A stretch of 64,000 bases of DNA from the NCBI GenBank assembly GCA_046329055.1, contig JAXLVK010000013.1:17959-81958 (forward strand), in the 5' to 3' direction. Positions 30,358 to 38,164 of the stretch are shown here, in pieces. The translations under genes and the position numbers were made by a program. The DNA is from Bacteroidia bacterium (GTDB lineage: Bacteria > Bacteroidota > Bacteroidia > J057 > JADKCL01). The notes under the pieces were generated by a model. The model saw only the letters and a program-made list of their open reading frames with translations. It had not been told where the DNA came from and did not search any database. The stretch's first letter is position 1; each line of letters opens with the position of its first letter.

Positions 30358-31395
30358 ATGCCCATGCACCAAGTATTCCGTGACGCCGACCTCCAAGCGC
30401 AGTTTGAGCGCGACGGCTACCTGCTGATCGATTTCCTGGATGCCACGACGGTGGAGCATCTCCGCGCCTACTACGCGACGCATACTCCACAGGAAAAACC
30501 TGCCTACGGCTTCCATGTGAGCCTGGACGACCGGGACAGGGACCAAAGCAATTCCGTGACGGAGGAGCTGTACCGGGTGCTCACGCCCTTCGTGGCGCAG
30601 CACTTCCAGGACTTCCAGATTTTCACCAGCAGTTTCGTGATCAAGGAGACCAATCCAAAAGGGGTGGTGCCGCCGCATCAAGACTGGACGTTCGTGGATG
30701 AGAAGGAATACTGGTCGGCGACGCTGTGGATCCCGTTGGTGGATGTGGACATGGACAATGGCTGCCTCGGCGTGATCAAGGGCAGTCACCGCTACTTCGA
30801 CTGGCCGCGCTGCTCGCCAAGCCCGCAGTTCCGGACGCCGCTCGGAGAGCACATGTTCACGATTTTCCCCTACCTGACCCTGGTGCCGATGAAGGCGGGG
30901 CAGGCGATCATCTTCGACAACCGCACCCTGCACGCCAGCCCACCGAATACCACCGACAGCCCACGGCTCGCGGCGGGCATCGGCGTCACGCACAAGGATG
31001 CGAAGCTCTTCCACCACTACCTGCTGCCGGGACAGGGACCGGAGACGGTGGAGGTCTATGCCATCACCCGGGAGTTTTTCCTGGATTACAACAATGGCGG
31101 CCTGAGCGAGCTCCACAACCGGGGTGAGAAAATCACGGGTTGGGACGCGGTTGGAACTTATCCATTGAGTTTGCCGCGCATCAACCCTGAAGAATTGCAG
31201 GCATTGATCAAGAGCCATCCCGACAATGTGGTGAATGTGCCGCTGATCGAGAAGATGGCCCGCCTCTTCAATTACAATCTGGACGGCAGCAAGAAGGAGG
31301 AGCCCAAGCCTGTGGAGGCTGCCCCGCCGCCACCGCAGGCGCAGCCCGTCGCCGAAAAGCGTGGATTTTTCAGCCGCATTTTCTCCCGCCGATGA
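30358..31395 (+). CDS. Phytanoyl-CoA dioxygenase (PhyH) family Fe(II)/2-oxoglutarate oxygenase with C-terminal amphipathic tail
   Basis: Motifs: FERDGYLLIDFL, PPHQDWTFVDE (HxD facial triad), WIPLVDVDMDNGCLGVIKGSHRY, FDNRTLHASPPN. The C-terminus is ...KRGFFSRIFSRR. Confidence 0.85.
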   Translation: MPMHQVFRDADLQAQFERDGYLLIDFLDATTVEHLRAYYATHTPQEKPAYGFHVSLDDRDRDQSNSVTEELYRVLTPFVAQHFQDFQIFTSSFVIKETNPKGVVPPHQDWTFVDEKEYWSATLWIPLVDVDMDNGCLGVIKGSHRYFDWPRCSPSPQFRTPLGEHMFTIFPYLTLVPMKAGQAIIFDNRTLHASPPNTTDSPRLAAGIGVTHKDAKLFHHYLLPGQGPETVEVYAITREFFLDYNNGGLSELHNRGEKITGWDAVGTYPLSLPRINPEELQALIKSHPDNVVNVPLIEKMARLFNYNLDGSKKEEPKPVEAAPPPPQAQPVAEKRGFFSRIFSRR

Positions 31396-33179
31396 TCACT
31401 GCCGCCTCTCGCGCCCAAATTTTCGCCCATCCCGAACAGCACCGCGCCTTCGAACGGGACGGTTATGTGATCCTGGATTTTTTCCAGCCGGATGAAATCG
31501 AGCGTATGAAGGCATTGTTCGAGGAGGTGCGGCCGCAGGGCAGGACGGGTTTCTATACAACGACCTACGAAAACGATCCTGAATACCGCACCAAGGTGGA
31601 CCTGGGGCTGCGGGAGATCTTTCACCGCCCCGTGAGCGGGAATTTCCAGGACTTCAAGTATTTCTTCTCCTCCTTCATCGTGAAGGCGCCCGATCCCAAG
31701 AGCGCATTGATCCTGCATCAGGACATGACTTTGGTGGATGAGGCGCGGTATCCGGGGCTGAACATCTGGGCACCGTTGGTGGACCTGACCATGGAAAATG
31801 GCCCGATTTACGTCCTTCCGGGCAGCCACCGCCTCAAGCCGACTTACCGTGGCAGCTCCTTGCCGGATGTCTATGACGGCATCGAGAAAGAGGTGATTTC
31901 GTTGATGACACCGCTACTGCTGCGTGCCGGGCAGGCTGTGGCATTTGACCAAAGTGTCTTCCACTACAGCCCCTCGAACCTGAGCGACCGGGAACGGATC
32001 GTCGTCAACACCTTCATTTCCCACAAGGACGCCCAAATCCGCATCTGCTGGCACGACAAGCAGAATGCCCCCGACAAGGTCGAGCTGTTCGCGCAGGAGG
32101 AGGACTTCCTCCGCAAATACACCAATTTCGGCACCGACATTTTCAGCCGCCCAAGCATCGGGCACAGTCTCGGCTACGTGGACTACAACTTCCCGAAACT
32201 GACCGTCGCGGAATTGGAGGCGCGGTATGGGAAGTCTGCCCCGGAGGCCAAGCCCGGCAGCCGCCGCGACCCGCAGGTGATGCCCATTTTCGTGAATGCC
32301 GATCATCAGCGGGAGTTTGACACAAAGGGTTTTGTGCAGATCGACTTGCTGCGGCCGGAGGACATCACCGCCTTGCGGGAGCTGTATGCAAGCTACTTCC
32401 CGGAGTCGCCCAAGGCATTTCACAGCAGCAGCTACCTCCACGACTTCGCCCAGAAAAAGGAGATCAGCAACGCCATCGTGGAGATCATGCGCCCCCGGCT
32501 CGACCGGATTTTCCACAATTTCTTCTACTTCGGGTCGGCATTCCTCACGAAAAATACTGGTCGGGAAAGCCAAATGCCCCTGCATCAGGACTGGACCATC
32601 GTGGACGAGTCGCGGTATGTGGCGGTGAACATCTGGAGCCCGCTGCAGGACACGGACGCCCAAAACGGCGGCTTGCAAGTGCTGCCGGGTAGCCATCGCT
32701 TCCTGCCCATCCTGCGCTGTCCGACCCTGCCCTTCTTTTTCGAGCCCTACAATGCACAGATTCAGCCGCACCTGCTGCAACTCACCGTTCCAGCGGGTCA
32801 GGCGGTGGTTTTGAATCAGGCGCTGCTCCATGCGAGCCCGCCGAACATGAGCGGCAGCATGCGCCTCGCCATCACCACCGGCATCAAGACGGCCCAGGCA
32901 CCCATGCGCTTCCATTATCAACCCGAGCCCGGCAAGATCGAGGTATTCGCGATGGATGACGATTTCCTGTTGCGCTTCGATGACTTCCACAAGGACATTT
33001 ATGAGCGACCCAAGTTTGGGGAGTCCTTGGGGGTGATCCTGTTTGAGCAGGCGCATCCGGGAGATGAGATGATTTTGCGCATGATTCGGAAGGCGAATCC
33101 GGTGATCGAGGAGACAAAACCTGCCCTAGAGGGCGTTTCTGTGCATCGGGGCTTCTTTGCCCGGCTGTTCGGGAGATGA
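31392..33179 (+). CDS. Tandem-domain PhyH family dioxygenase (two complete PhyH domains in one polypeptide)
   Basis: Domain 1: FERDGYVILDFF, LHQDMTLVDE, NIWAPLVDLTMENGPIYVLPGSHR, FHYSPSN. Domain 2: FDTKGFVQIDLL, LHQDWTIVDE, NIWSPLQDTDAQNGGLQVLPGSHR, LLHASPPN. The C-terminus is ...HRGFFARLFGR. The start overlaps the upstream stop by 4 nt. Confidence 0.85.
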   Translation: MITAASRAQIFAHPEQHRAFERDGYVILDFFQPDEIERMKALFEEVRPQGRTGFYTTTYENDPEYRTKVDLGLREIFHRPVSGNFQDFKYFFSSFIVKAPDPKSALILHQDMTLVDEARYPGLNIWAPLVDLTMENGPIYVLPGSHRLKPTYRGSSLPDVYDGIEKEVISLMTPLLLRAGQAVAFDQSVFHYSPSNLSDRERIVVNTFISHKDAQIRICWHDKQNAPDKVELFAQEEDFLRKYTNFGTDIFSRPSIGHSLGYVDYNFPKLTVAELEARYGKSAPEAKPGSRRDPQVMPIFVNADHQREFDTKGFVQIDLLRPEDITALRELYASYFPESPKAFHSSSYLHDFAQKKEISNAIVEIMRPRLDRIFHNFFYFGSAFLTKNTGRESQMPLHQDWTIVDESRYVAVNIWSPLQDTDAQNGGLQVLPGSHRFLPILRCPTLPFFFEPYNAQIQPHLLQLTVPAGQAVVLNQALLHASPPNMSGSMRLAITTGIKTAQAPMRFHYQPEPGKIEVFAMDDDFLLRFDDFHKDIYERPKFGESLGVILFEQAHPGDEMILRMIRKANPVIEETKPALEGVSVHRGFFARLFGR

Positions 33180-33373
33180 CCTTTGTGACAAGTATTTGCG
33201 TAGGCATAGTTTAGTTCCTACCTTTTGATTGATCATTGACGCCTACATCGACATGGAAGCACCAGAAGCAAAAGCGGAGAGGGAGAAGCTGGAGAAAGAG
33301 GCATTGGAGAAGAAGGTAAAGGAGGCAAAAGAGAAAAGGAAGAATACCCGAGAGATCATCATCACGGTCCCTG

Positions 33374-34096
33374 GTGGCAGTGTATCTGCTACTCGTGACA
33401 GTGTTTACCACACTGTGGATCTTCACCAATTGCTTCCAATGCTGGAAAATCAAGCTCGGGATGATCAGCACATTCAATGTAAATGAGCATGTCACCTTGG
33501 GTCTGTTTTTCGCAGGGATGTTGGGTGGAGCGTTCTATTGCCTCGCAGCCTGTATGGAAGATTGGCTGATGCCTATGCACCCTCCGACCCCAAAAGGAAT
33601 TGGTGCCTCTGAGGATGACAGTTTGGTTTTCTGGTACCTGTACCGTCCTCTTCAAGGCGGAGTCCTTGCGCTGATCCTGCTCGTACTCACCAAAAGCAGT
33701 CTGCTCAAATTGCAGGATGTCGGGGATGCGGACATCTCCTCCTACTACACGCTGATTGGAATTGGATTTTTGGCGGGATTCGGGGCGCATGAGGTAATCG
33801 AAAAGATTCAAGATATCATCAAGGTGATCTTTGCGAGCTCCAATGGCGGTGATGGCCAACCCGGCGGAGGGAATAAGGAGACAAAGCCTGCAAATTCCTC
33901 AGAGGGGCAAGGTGCCGATGCTGAAACAGATCAAGGAGCTGGGAAGGTGAAAACTGAACCTGCCAAGGAGCCGCAGGCCCAAGATAAGCGCAGTACAGAG
34001 GACAACAACACAAAGGAGGAACCAGAAGGAAACGCAACCGAGAAAGACAGCTCAACCGAAAGCAATAGTCCAACCGACCTCCCAAAGGACAAGTGA
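33374..34096 (+). CDS. Hypothetical multi-pass membrane protein with charged low-complexity C-terminal tail; true start uncertain
   Basis: Hydrophobic helices: VYLLLVTVFTTLWIF, LGLFFAGMLGGAFYCLAA, GGVLALILLVLT, YTLIGIGFLAGFGA. The tail is Lys/Glu/Asp/Gly-rich. The GTG start is weak. An upstream ORF in another frame (33229..33486, Lys/Glu-rich) may be its real N-terminus. Confidence 0.5.
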   Translation: MAVYLLLVTVFTTLWIFTNCFQCWKIKLGMISTFNVNEHVTLGLFFAGMLGGAFYCLAACMEDWLMPMHPPTPKGIGASEDDSLVFWYLYRPLQGGVLALILLVLTKSSLLKLQDVGDADISSYYTLIGIGFLAGFGAHEVIEKIQDIIKVIFASSNGGDGQPGGGNKETKPANSSEGQGADAETDQGAGKVKTEPAKEPQAQDKRSTEDNNTKEEPEGNATEKDSSTESNSPTDLPKDK

Positions 34097-34179
34097 TTCA
34101 ATGGCTGTGGCCTGAAAATCAAGAGTCCCCGCAGAAAATACCATTGTCCGAAGATGGCCCGCTATCAGAATTGATACTG

Positions 34180-34215
34180 CCCCGTACGGACAGGTCGCGA
34201 CCTGTCCGTACGGGG
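34180..34215. terminator. Bidirectional terminator: perfect 36-nt palindrome between convergent genes
   Basis: CCCCGTACGGACAGGTCG|CGACCTGTCCGTACGGGG lies between the stop of 33374..34096 (+) and the stop of 34236..35372 (-). Confidence 0.6.
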
Positions 34216-34235
34216 TGGGAAATACGCAGATTTCC

Positions 34236-35372
34236 CTACCGCTTCCCCACCCCCACCACGAACAGCGCATCGTCCACGAACCCAAATGGGAATCGGTGCA
34301 GATTGTCGGCATTCACAGACAGCACGACAGCGTCCACATTTTCCAATGAGGCTTTGAAAGCGGCCTGGTCCATGATGCGGGCGCCTTGCCATTGGTCGCT
34401 GTAGGTCTCGTAGTTGTAGTAGCGGTACTGCGAGCCGGGCGCGAAGCAGGTCTTGTGGATGCCGGGATCGTAAATCTCCCACCAAAAGCTGTCCCCGACC
34501 ACTAGAACCCGTGGCCGCTCGCGGCCCTCCGCACGGTACCGCAATTTGGGATAGCCGACTTCGCCGGGATCGGGGTTGATGGCCAGATTGAGCAATTGGC
34601 CGAGGTCGTCGTCGTAGCCGCGGTTGCCAGGGGCTGTCTCGACGGAGGCGATCTCGGGGCGGACGAATTTCTTGCCCAGCAGCAATTCCATCCGTCCAAT
34701 GATGCTGTCCGCTGCCATCGCTGCTGCGTACTCCGTCCAATGTCCGCCATTTTTCGCCCAAATGGGGTGCGGCTTCGACTGCATCCAGCCTTGCATCACC
34801 GGTCCGAGGTCGATCAGGAAGACATTGTTCCGCTTGAGGGCGTCGATGTAGGCGGGGTAATTCGATTGTGGGGCAAATGCGACCTCTTCGCCGGGCAAGT
34901 CATCGGGCATGGTCTGCAACTTGCTCGGTGTCACGAGGGTGATCATGGCGACATTGCGCTGCGCAAACCAGGATTGCAGGACGGCAGTGTGCTCGGAATG
35001 ATACCGCACCATCTCAGCCCCAGCGAAATCCTTGCCCCGGATCGTTTCCAATGAGCCACGTCCAAACAATACCCCGTCCTTGCCCACCATCACCGAGCGG
35101 TAGGGCTCCCGAAACAGGGAAAAATCGACTTGGTTGCGCAACCGCACCATGCTCGCCCGCAGCCCCATCCAATTGTACATCCGCACGGCGTAGTTGGATT
35201 GGAACTTGCCATTGAACCAGGTGCTGTCCTTGAGCGGGACGGAATCCAGAACCTCCTCCACCCCGGCGAGCGGCTTCTCCTTGATCAGCATCGTCCTTTC
35301 CTGCAAAAACGGCAGCCAGAGCAGCAGGAGCAGCAATCCGAAGCAGGCGATATGGATGGGGCGCGCTTTCAT
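34236..35372 (-). CDS. AlgX/AlgJ-like (DHHW-type) O-acetyltransferase accessory protein
   Basis: N-terminal membrane anchor (IHIACFGLLLLLLWLPFL), a GKDGVLFG motif and a GGHWTEYAA motif, like the GxDGWLF and DxHW motifs of AlgJ/AlgX. It lies immediately downstream (2-nt gap) of an MBOAT gene. Confidence 0.7.
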   Translation of the reverse strand: MKARPIHIACFGLLLLLLWLPFLQERTMLIKEKPLAGVEEVLDSVPLKDSTWFNGKFQSNYAVRMYNWMGLRASMVRLRNQVDFSLFREPYRSVMVGKDGVLFGRGSLETIRGKDFAGAEMVRYHSEHTAVLQSWFAQRNVAMITLVTPSKLQTMPDDLPGEEVAFAPQSNYPAYIDALKRNNVFLIDLGPVMQGWMQSKPHPIWAKNGGHWTEYAAAMAADSIIGRMELLLGKKFVRPEIASVETAPGNRGYDDDLGQLLNLAINPDPGEVGYPKLRYRAEGRERPRVLVVGDSFWWEIYDPGIHKTCFAPGSQYRYYNYETYSDQWQGARIMDQAAFKASLENVDAVVLSVNADNLHRFPFGFVDDALFVVGVGKR

Positions 35373-35374
35373 GG

Positions 35375-36808
35375 TCAGAACATGTAATAGATGAAAGGCC
35401 GGAAACCCATGGTCGCAATCTCACTCACGCAGAGGATCAGCAGCAGCCCCGCCACCGCAGTCCATGCCACCACCTTCCAATTTGCCACCGGAAGCCGCCA
35501 TTCCCGCTCCATCACGGGCCGCAACTTGGGGATCGCTCCCGCGAAGGCAATCACCCCCGCCAGTACCATCATGAACCAGAACTTGGTGCCCATCACAAGG
35601 TGCAGGTCTTCCCAAGCCTTGCGCGAGATTTCGAAGGCGAACATTTCCCGGAAGAACTTGAAGGCTGTCCCCAAGTCAGGCGATTTGAAGATCACCACCC
35701 CCATCATGAACACCATGTAAGCCCAGATGATGCGCAGGAATTGCGGCAGCCGAGCCATCCATTTTTCCAGAAACAGCCGCTCCAGCATCAGCCAAACCCC
35801 GTTCCAAATGCCAAAACAGACAAATGTCCAGGCCGCGCCATGCCAGAGCCCAGAGAGCAGGAACACGATCCAGAGGTTGGCATAGAGCATCCACGGCTTC
35901 TTGCTCCGCTTCATCAGGGGCTTGAAAACGTAGTTGCGGAAAAATCCCGTCAGGGTCATGTGCCAGCGCCGCCAAGTTTCCCGCAAGCTCGTCGCGGTGT
36001 AAGGCAGGTTGAAATTTTCGGGAAATCGAAAGCCCAGCATCCGCGCCAGACCAATCGCCATGTCGCTGTAGCCCGCAAAGTCGTGGTAGAGCACCAGTGA
36101 GTACCCCACCGCCCCGATCCAAACCAGCACGAAGTCCAGCTCTTGATGCGGCAAGAGGAATATCTTGTTCACCTGCGTAGAGAGCGTGTCGGCGATGATC
36201 ACCTTGCGGGCGAGGCCGATGGCGAAGCGGATCATGCCCTCCAACCGAAAGGCAAAATTGTCCTGCTCCCTCCGGTCGCGAATCTGATCCGCCATGTCCC
36301 GGTACCGCAGGATGGGGCCAGCGACGAGGTGCGGGAACATCATGATCAGCGTGAAATAATCGATGGGATTCTTCAGCGGCGGCTTTTCGCCCCGATAGAC
36401 ATCGACGAGGTAGCTGAGCTGCTGAAACGTCACAAATGAAATGCCCAATGGCAACGCGACCTCCGTCCATTCCAGCCCCTTGATTCCCAGCGCTCCCAAG
36501 AAGGAATTCGTGTTCTCGATGAAAAAATTGGCGTATTTGAAATAGACCAATGCGCTGAGGTTGTACACCACGGCGAGGGTCAGCCACTTCTTGGCATGCG
36601 GCCCACCCTTACCGATTTGCAGGGCGACCAGATAATCCGCGACCGCCAGACCCAGCAGGACAAAAATGAACTTCGGCGCGCCCCATGCATAAAATACGAG
36701 GCTCCCGAGCAGCAAGACCGCATTCCGCAACCGCTGCGGCGTGACCAAGTAAACGGTCAGGAACACCGGCAGGAAATACAGCAGGAACAGGTTGCTGGCG
36801 AAGATCAT
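35375..36808 (-). CDS. MBOAT family O-acyltransferase (AlgI/DltB-like)
   Basis: Multi-pass membrane protein MIFASNLFLLYFLPVFL..., with ISFVTFQQLSYLVDVY, FWRRWHMTL-like (TWRRWHMTLTGFFRNY) and the conserved-His segment LLSGLWHGAAWTF. The start was taken at M13 of ORF 35375..36844. Confidence 0.9.
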   Translation of the reverse strand: MIFASNLFLLYFLPVFLTVYLVTPQRLRNAVLLLGSLVFYAWGAPKFIFVLLGLAVADYLVALQIGKGGPHAKKWLTLAVVYNLSALVYFKYANFFIENTNSFLGALGIKGLEWTEVALPLGISFVTFQQLSYLVDVYRGEKPPLKNPIDYFTLIMMFPHLVAGPILRYRDMADQIRDRREQDNFAFRLEGMIRFAIGLARKVIIADTLSTQVNKIFLLPHQELDFVLVWIGAVGYSLVLYHDFAGYSDMAIGLARMLGFRFPENFNLPYTATSLRETWRRWHMTLTGFFRNYVFKPLMKRSKKPWMLYANLWIVFLLSGLWHGAAWTFVCFGIWNGVWLMLERLFLEKWMARLPQFLRIIWAYMVFMMGVVIFKSPDLGTAFKFFREMFAFEISRKAWEDLHLVMGTKFWFMMVLAGVIAFAGAIPKLRPVMEREWRLPVANWKVVAWTAVAGLLLILCVSEIATMGFRPFIYYMF

Positions 36809-36856
36809 TGCAGTCAAGATAGGAGCCTCGGGGCGGATTGGCAAATCGGCAAGGGA

Positions 36857-37291
36857 TCAATCCTCCATCAGAATCTTCAACTCCTGGTTCTCGATTTGGA
36901 GCTCATAGACATCGTCATCCAAATAACTCTCCATCATCGCGACGAGCATGTCAGCGCCGGGATTGGACACGGCCATGGGCCCGACTTTGGGATAGATGGA
37001 CACGAAGACCACTGCATCCTCCTCGTCGAGCGTCACCAAGATAACCCGGTAGCCGCTGGATTTGCCTGCCTGCATCGTGGAATTGGCAACACGGAGCTTA
37101 ATGGGCTTGTGCTCCTCGCCGTATCCGAGGTAGGTGATGATGCTACCAGATTGCAGGATCAATGGAATCGAATCCAACCTTTCGAATTCAGCACCTAAGT
37201 CTTTCGCCACCCTGCCGTAGGCGGAGGCATACTTTCGCCGGGAAATCCGAAGGAACTCCTCGACAAAATAAGGCGTCGCAAACAACCTCAT
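36857..37291 (-). CDS. RelE/ParE-superfamily-like toxin (partner of the Panacea-domain antitoxin)
   Basis: The core KLRVANSTMQAGKSSGYRVILVTLDEEDAVVFVSIYPK matches the KxRxxxxxxGKSGGYRhI...hhhIYxK signature of RelE/HigB-type toxins. The start overlaps the upstream gene stop by 4 nt. Confidence 0.55.
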   Translation of the reverse strand: MRLFATPYFVEEFLRISRRKYASAYGRVAKDLGAEFERLDSIPLILQSGSIITYLGYGEEHKPIKLRVANSTMQAGKSSGYRVILVTLDEEDAVVFVSIYPKVGPMAVSNPGADMLVAMMESYLDDDVYELQIENQELKILMED

Positions 37292-37964
37292 TCAGCAGAG
37301 AGAGGCTTTGTCGTGATCTTGAGGGTCTTCTTCTTCGTCGCGACCTCTTTCATCAAGCGGTTCAGCTTCAGGTTGCGCTGCACCTCGTCGCGGATTGCCT
37401 TGGTTTCTTCATGTTCGTCCATGTCCTTCCCTTCTCCGTAATAGTTCAACCATTCAAATGTACAGTGCCTTGCCCCTTCCAAGGCGATGTATCCTTTGTT
37501 GGGAGTAGAGAGCCAAGGGTACTGACAATGCGACTCCTCCGAGGCTGTGGCAGCGGTCTTGCCGAGGAACGCCTGCGAGGTACTGACGATGGTCTGCACC
37601 TCGGCATCGTTGAAAAAATCCCGAGATCGATACTCTCCAACTCAAAATCCGTGGCATAGGCAGTGTAGAACCGCCCCAACGCCCTGTGTTCACGCTCCTG
37701 CACTTGCAGGTCTCCGACTTCCACTAGCTCCTCCAAATAGTACAATGCCTCGACCGGGACAGGGCCGTACTGCTCCTTCTTGTAGCGGAAATCGGTAATC
37801 GGCGAGCCATGCAATGCAAAATGCCCGAAATCAACGCTGAAGAGGTATTTGTAGAGCAGCGTCCGGCTCAGTGGCTTGCGCGCTTCCACGCAGCACGCGG
37901 CAAAGTGCAGGATCAGACCCTGAATCCGATCATCCATGCTGATCTTATGGACGTGTTGCACCAT
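37288..37964 (-). pseudogene. Panacea/SocA (DUF4065) domain antitoxin, interrupted by a frameshift at an A/T homopolymer near 37612-37617
   Basis: The N-terminal part is in ORF 37446..37964 (LLYKYLFSVDFGHFALHGSPITDFRYKKEQYGPVPVEALYYL). The C-terminal part is in ORF 37288..37599 (DFFNDAEVQTIVSTSQAFLGKTAATASEESHCQYPWLSTPNKGYIAL). After ...ELESIDLG the first frame degenerates into Arg/Pro/Ser junk. Confidence 0.65.
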
Positions 37965-38164
37965 CTCCCCACAAAATTATTCCCATTCCTCCGGTTTTTC
38001 AAGCCCAAAAAGCAATTTTTTTAGCATTCATCCACCCTGGCTCGATCTTGCTTGGCATTGGCGAGTTTACCTGTTCCTGGTGATGCCACTTGCTCTTCCG
38101 CTGGAAGCAGCCGTGCACCGAGGAGCCATCATTTTTCCTAAATTGTCTCTCCCAAGCGTCCACG

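Noticed and set aside
30316-33056. Minus-strand ORFs 30316..31218 (300 aa) and 31914..33056 (380 aa)
   Set aside because: They lie antisense to the PhyH genes. Their composition is junk.
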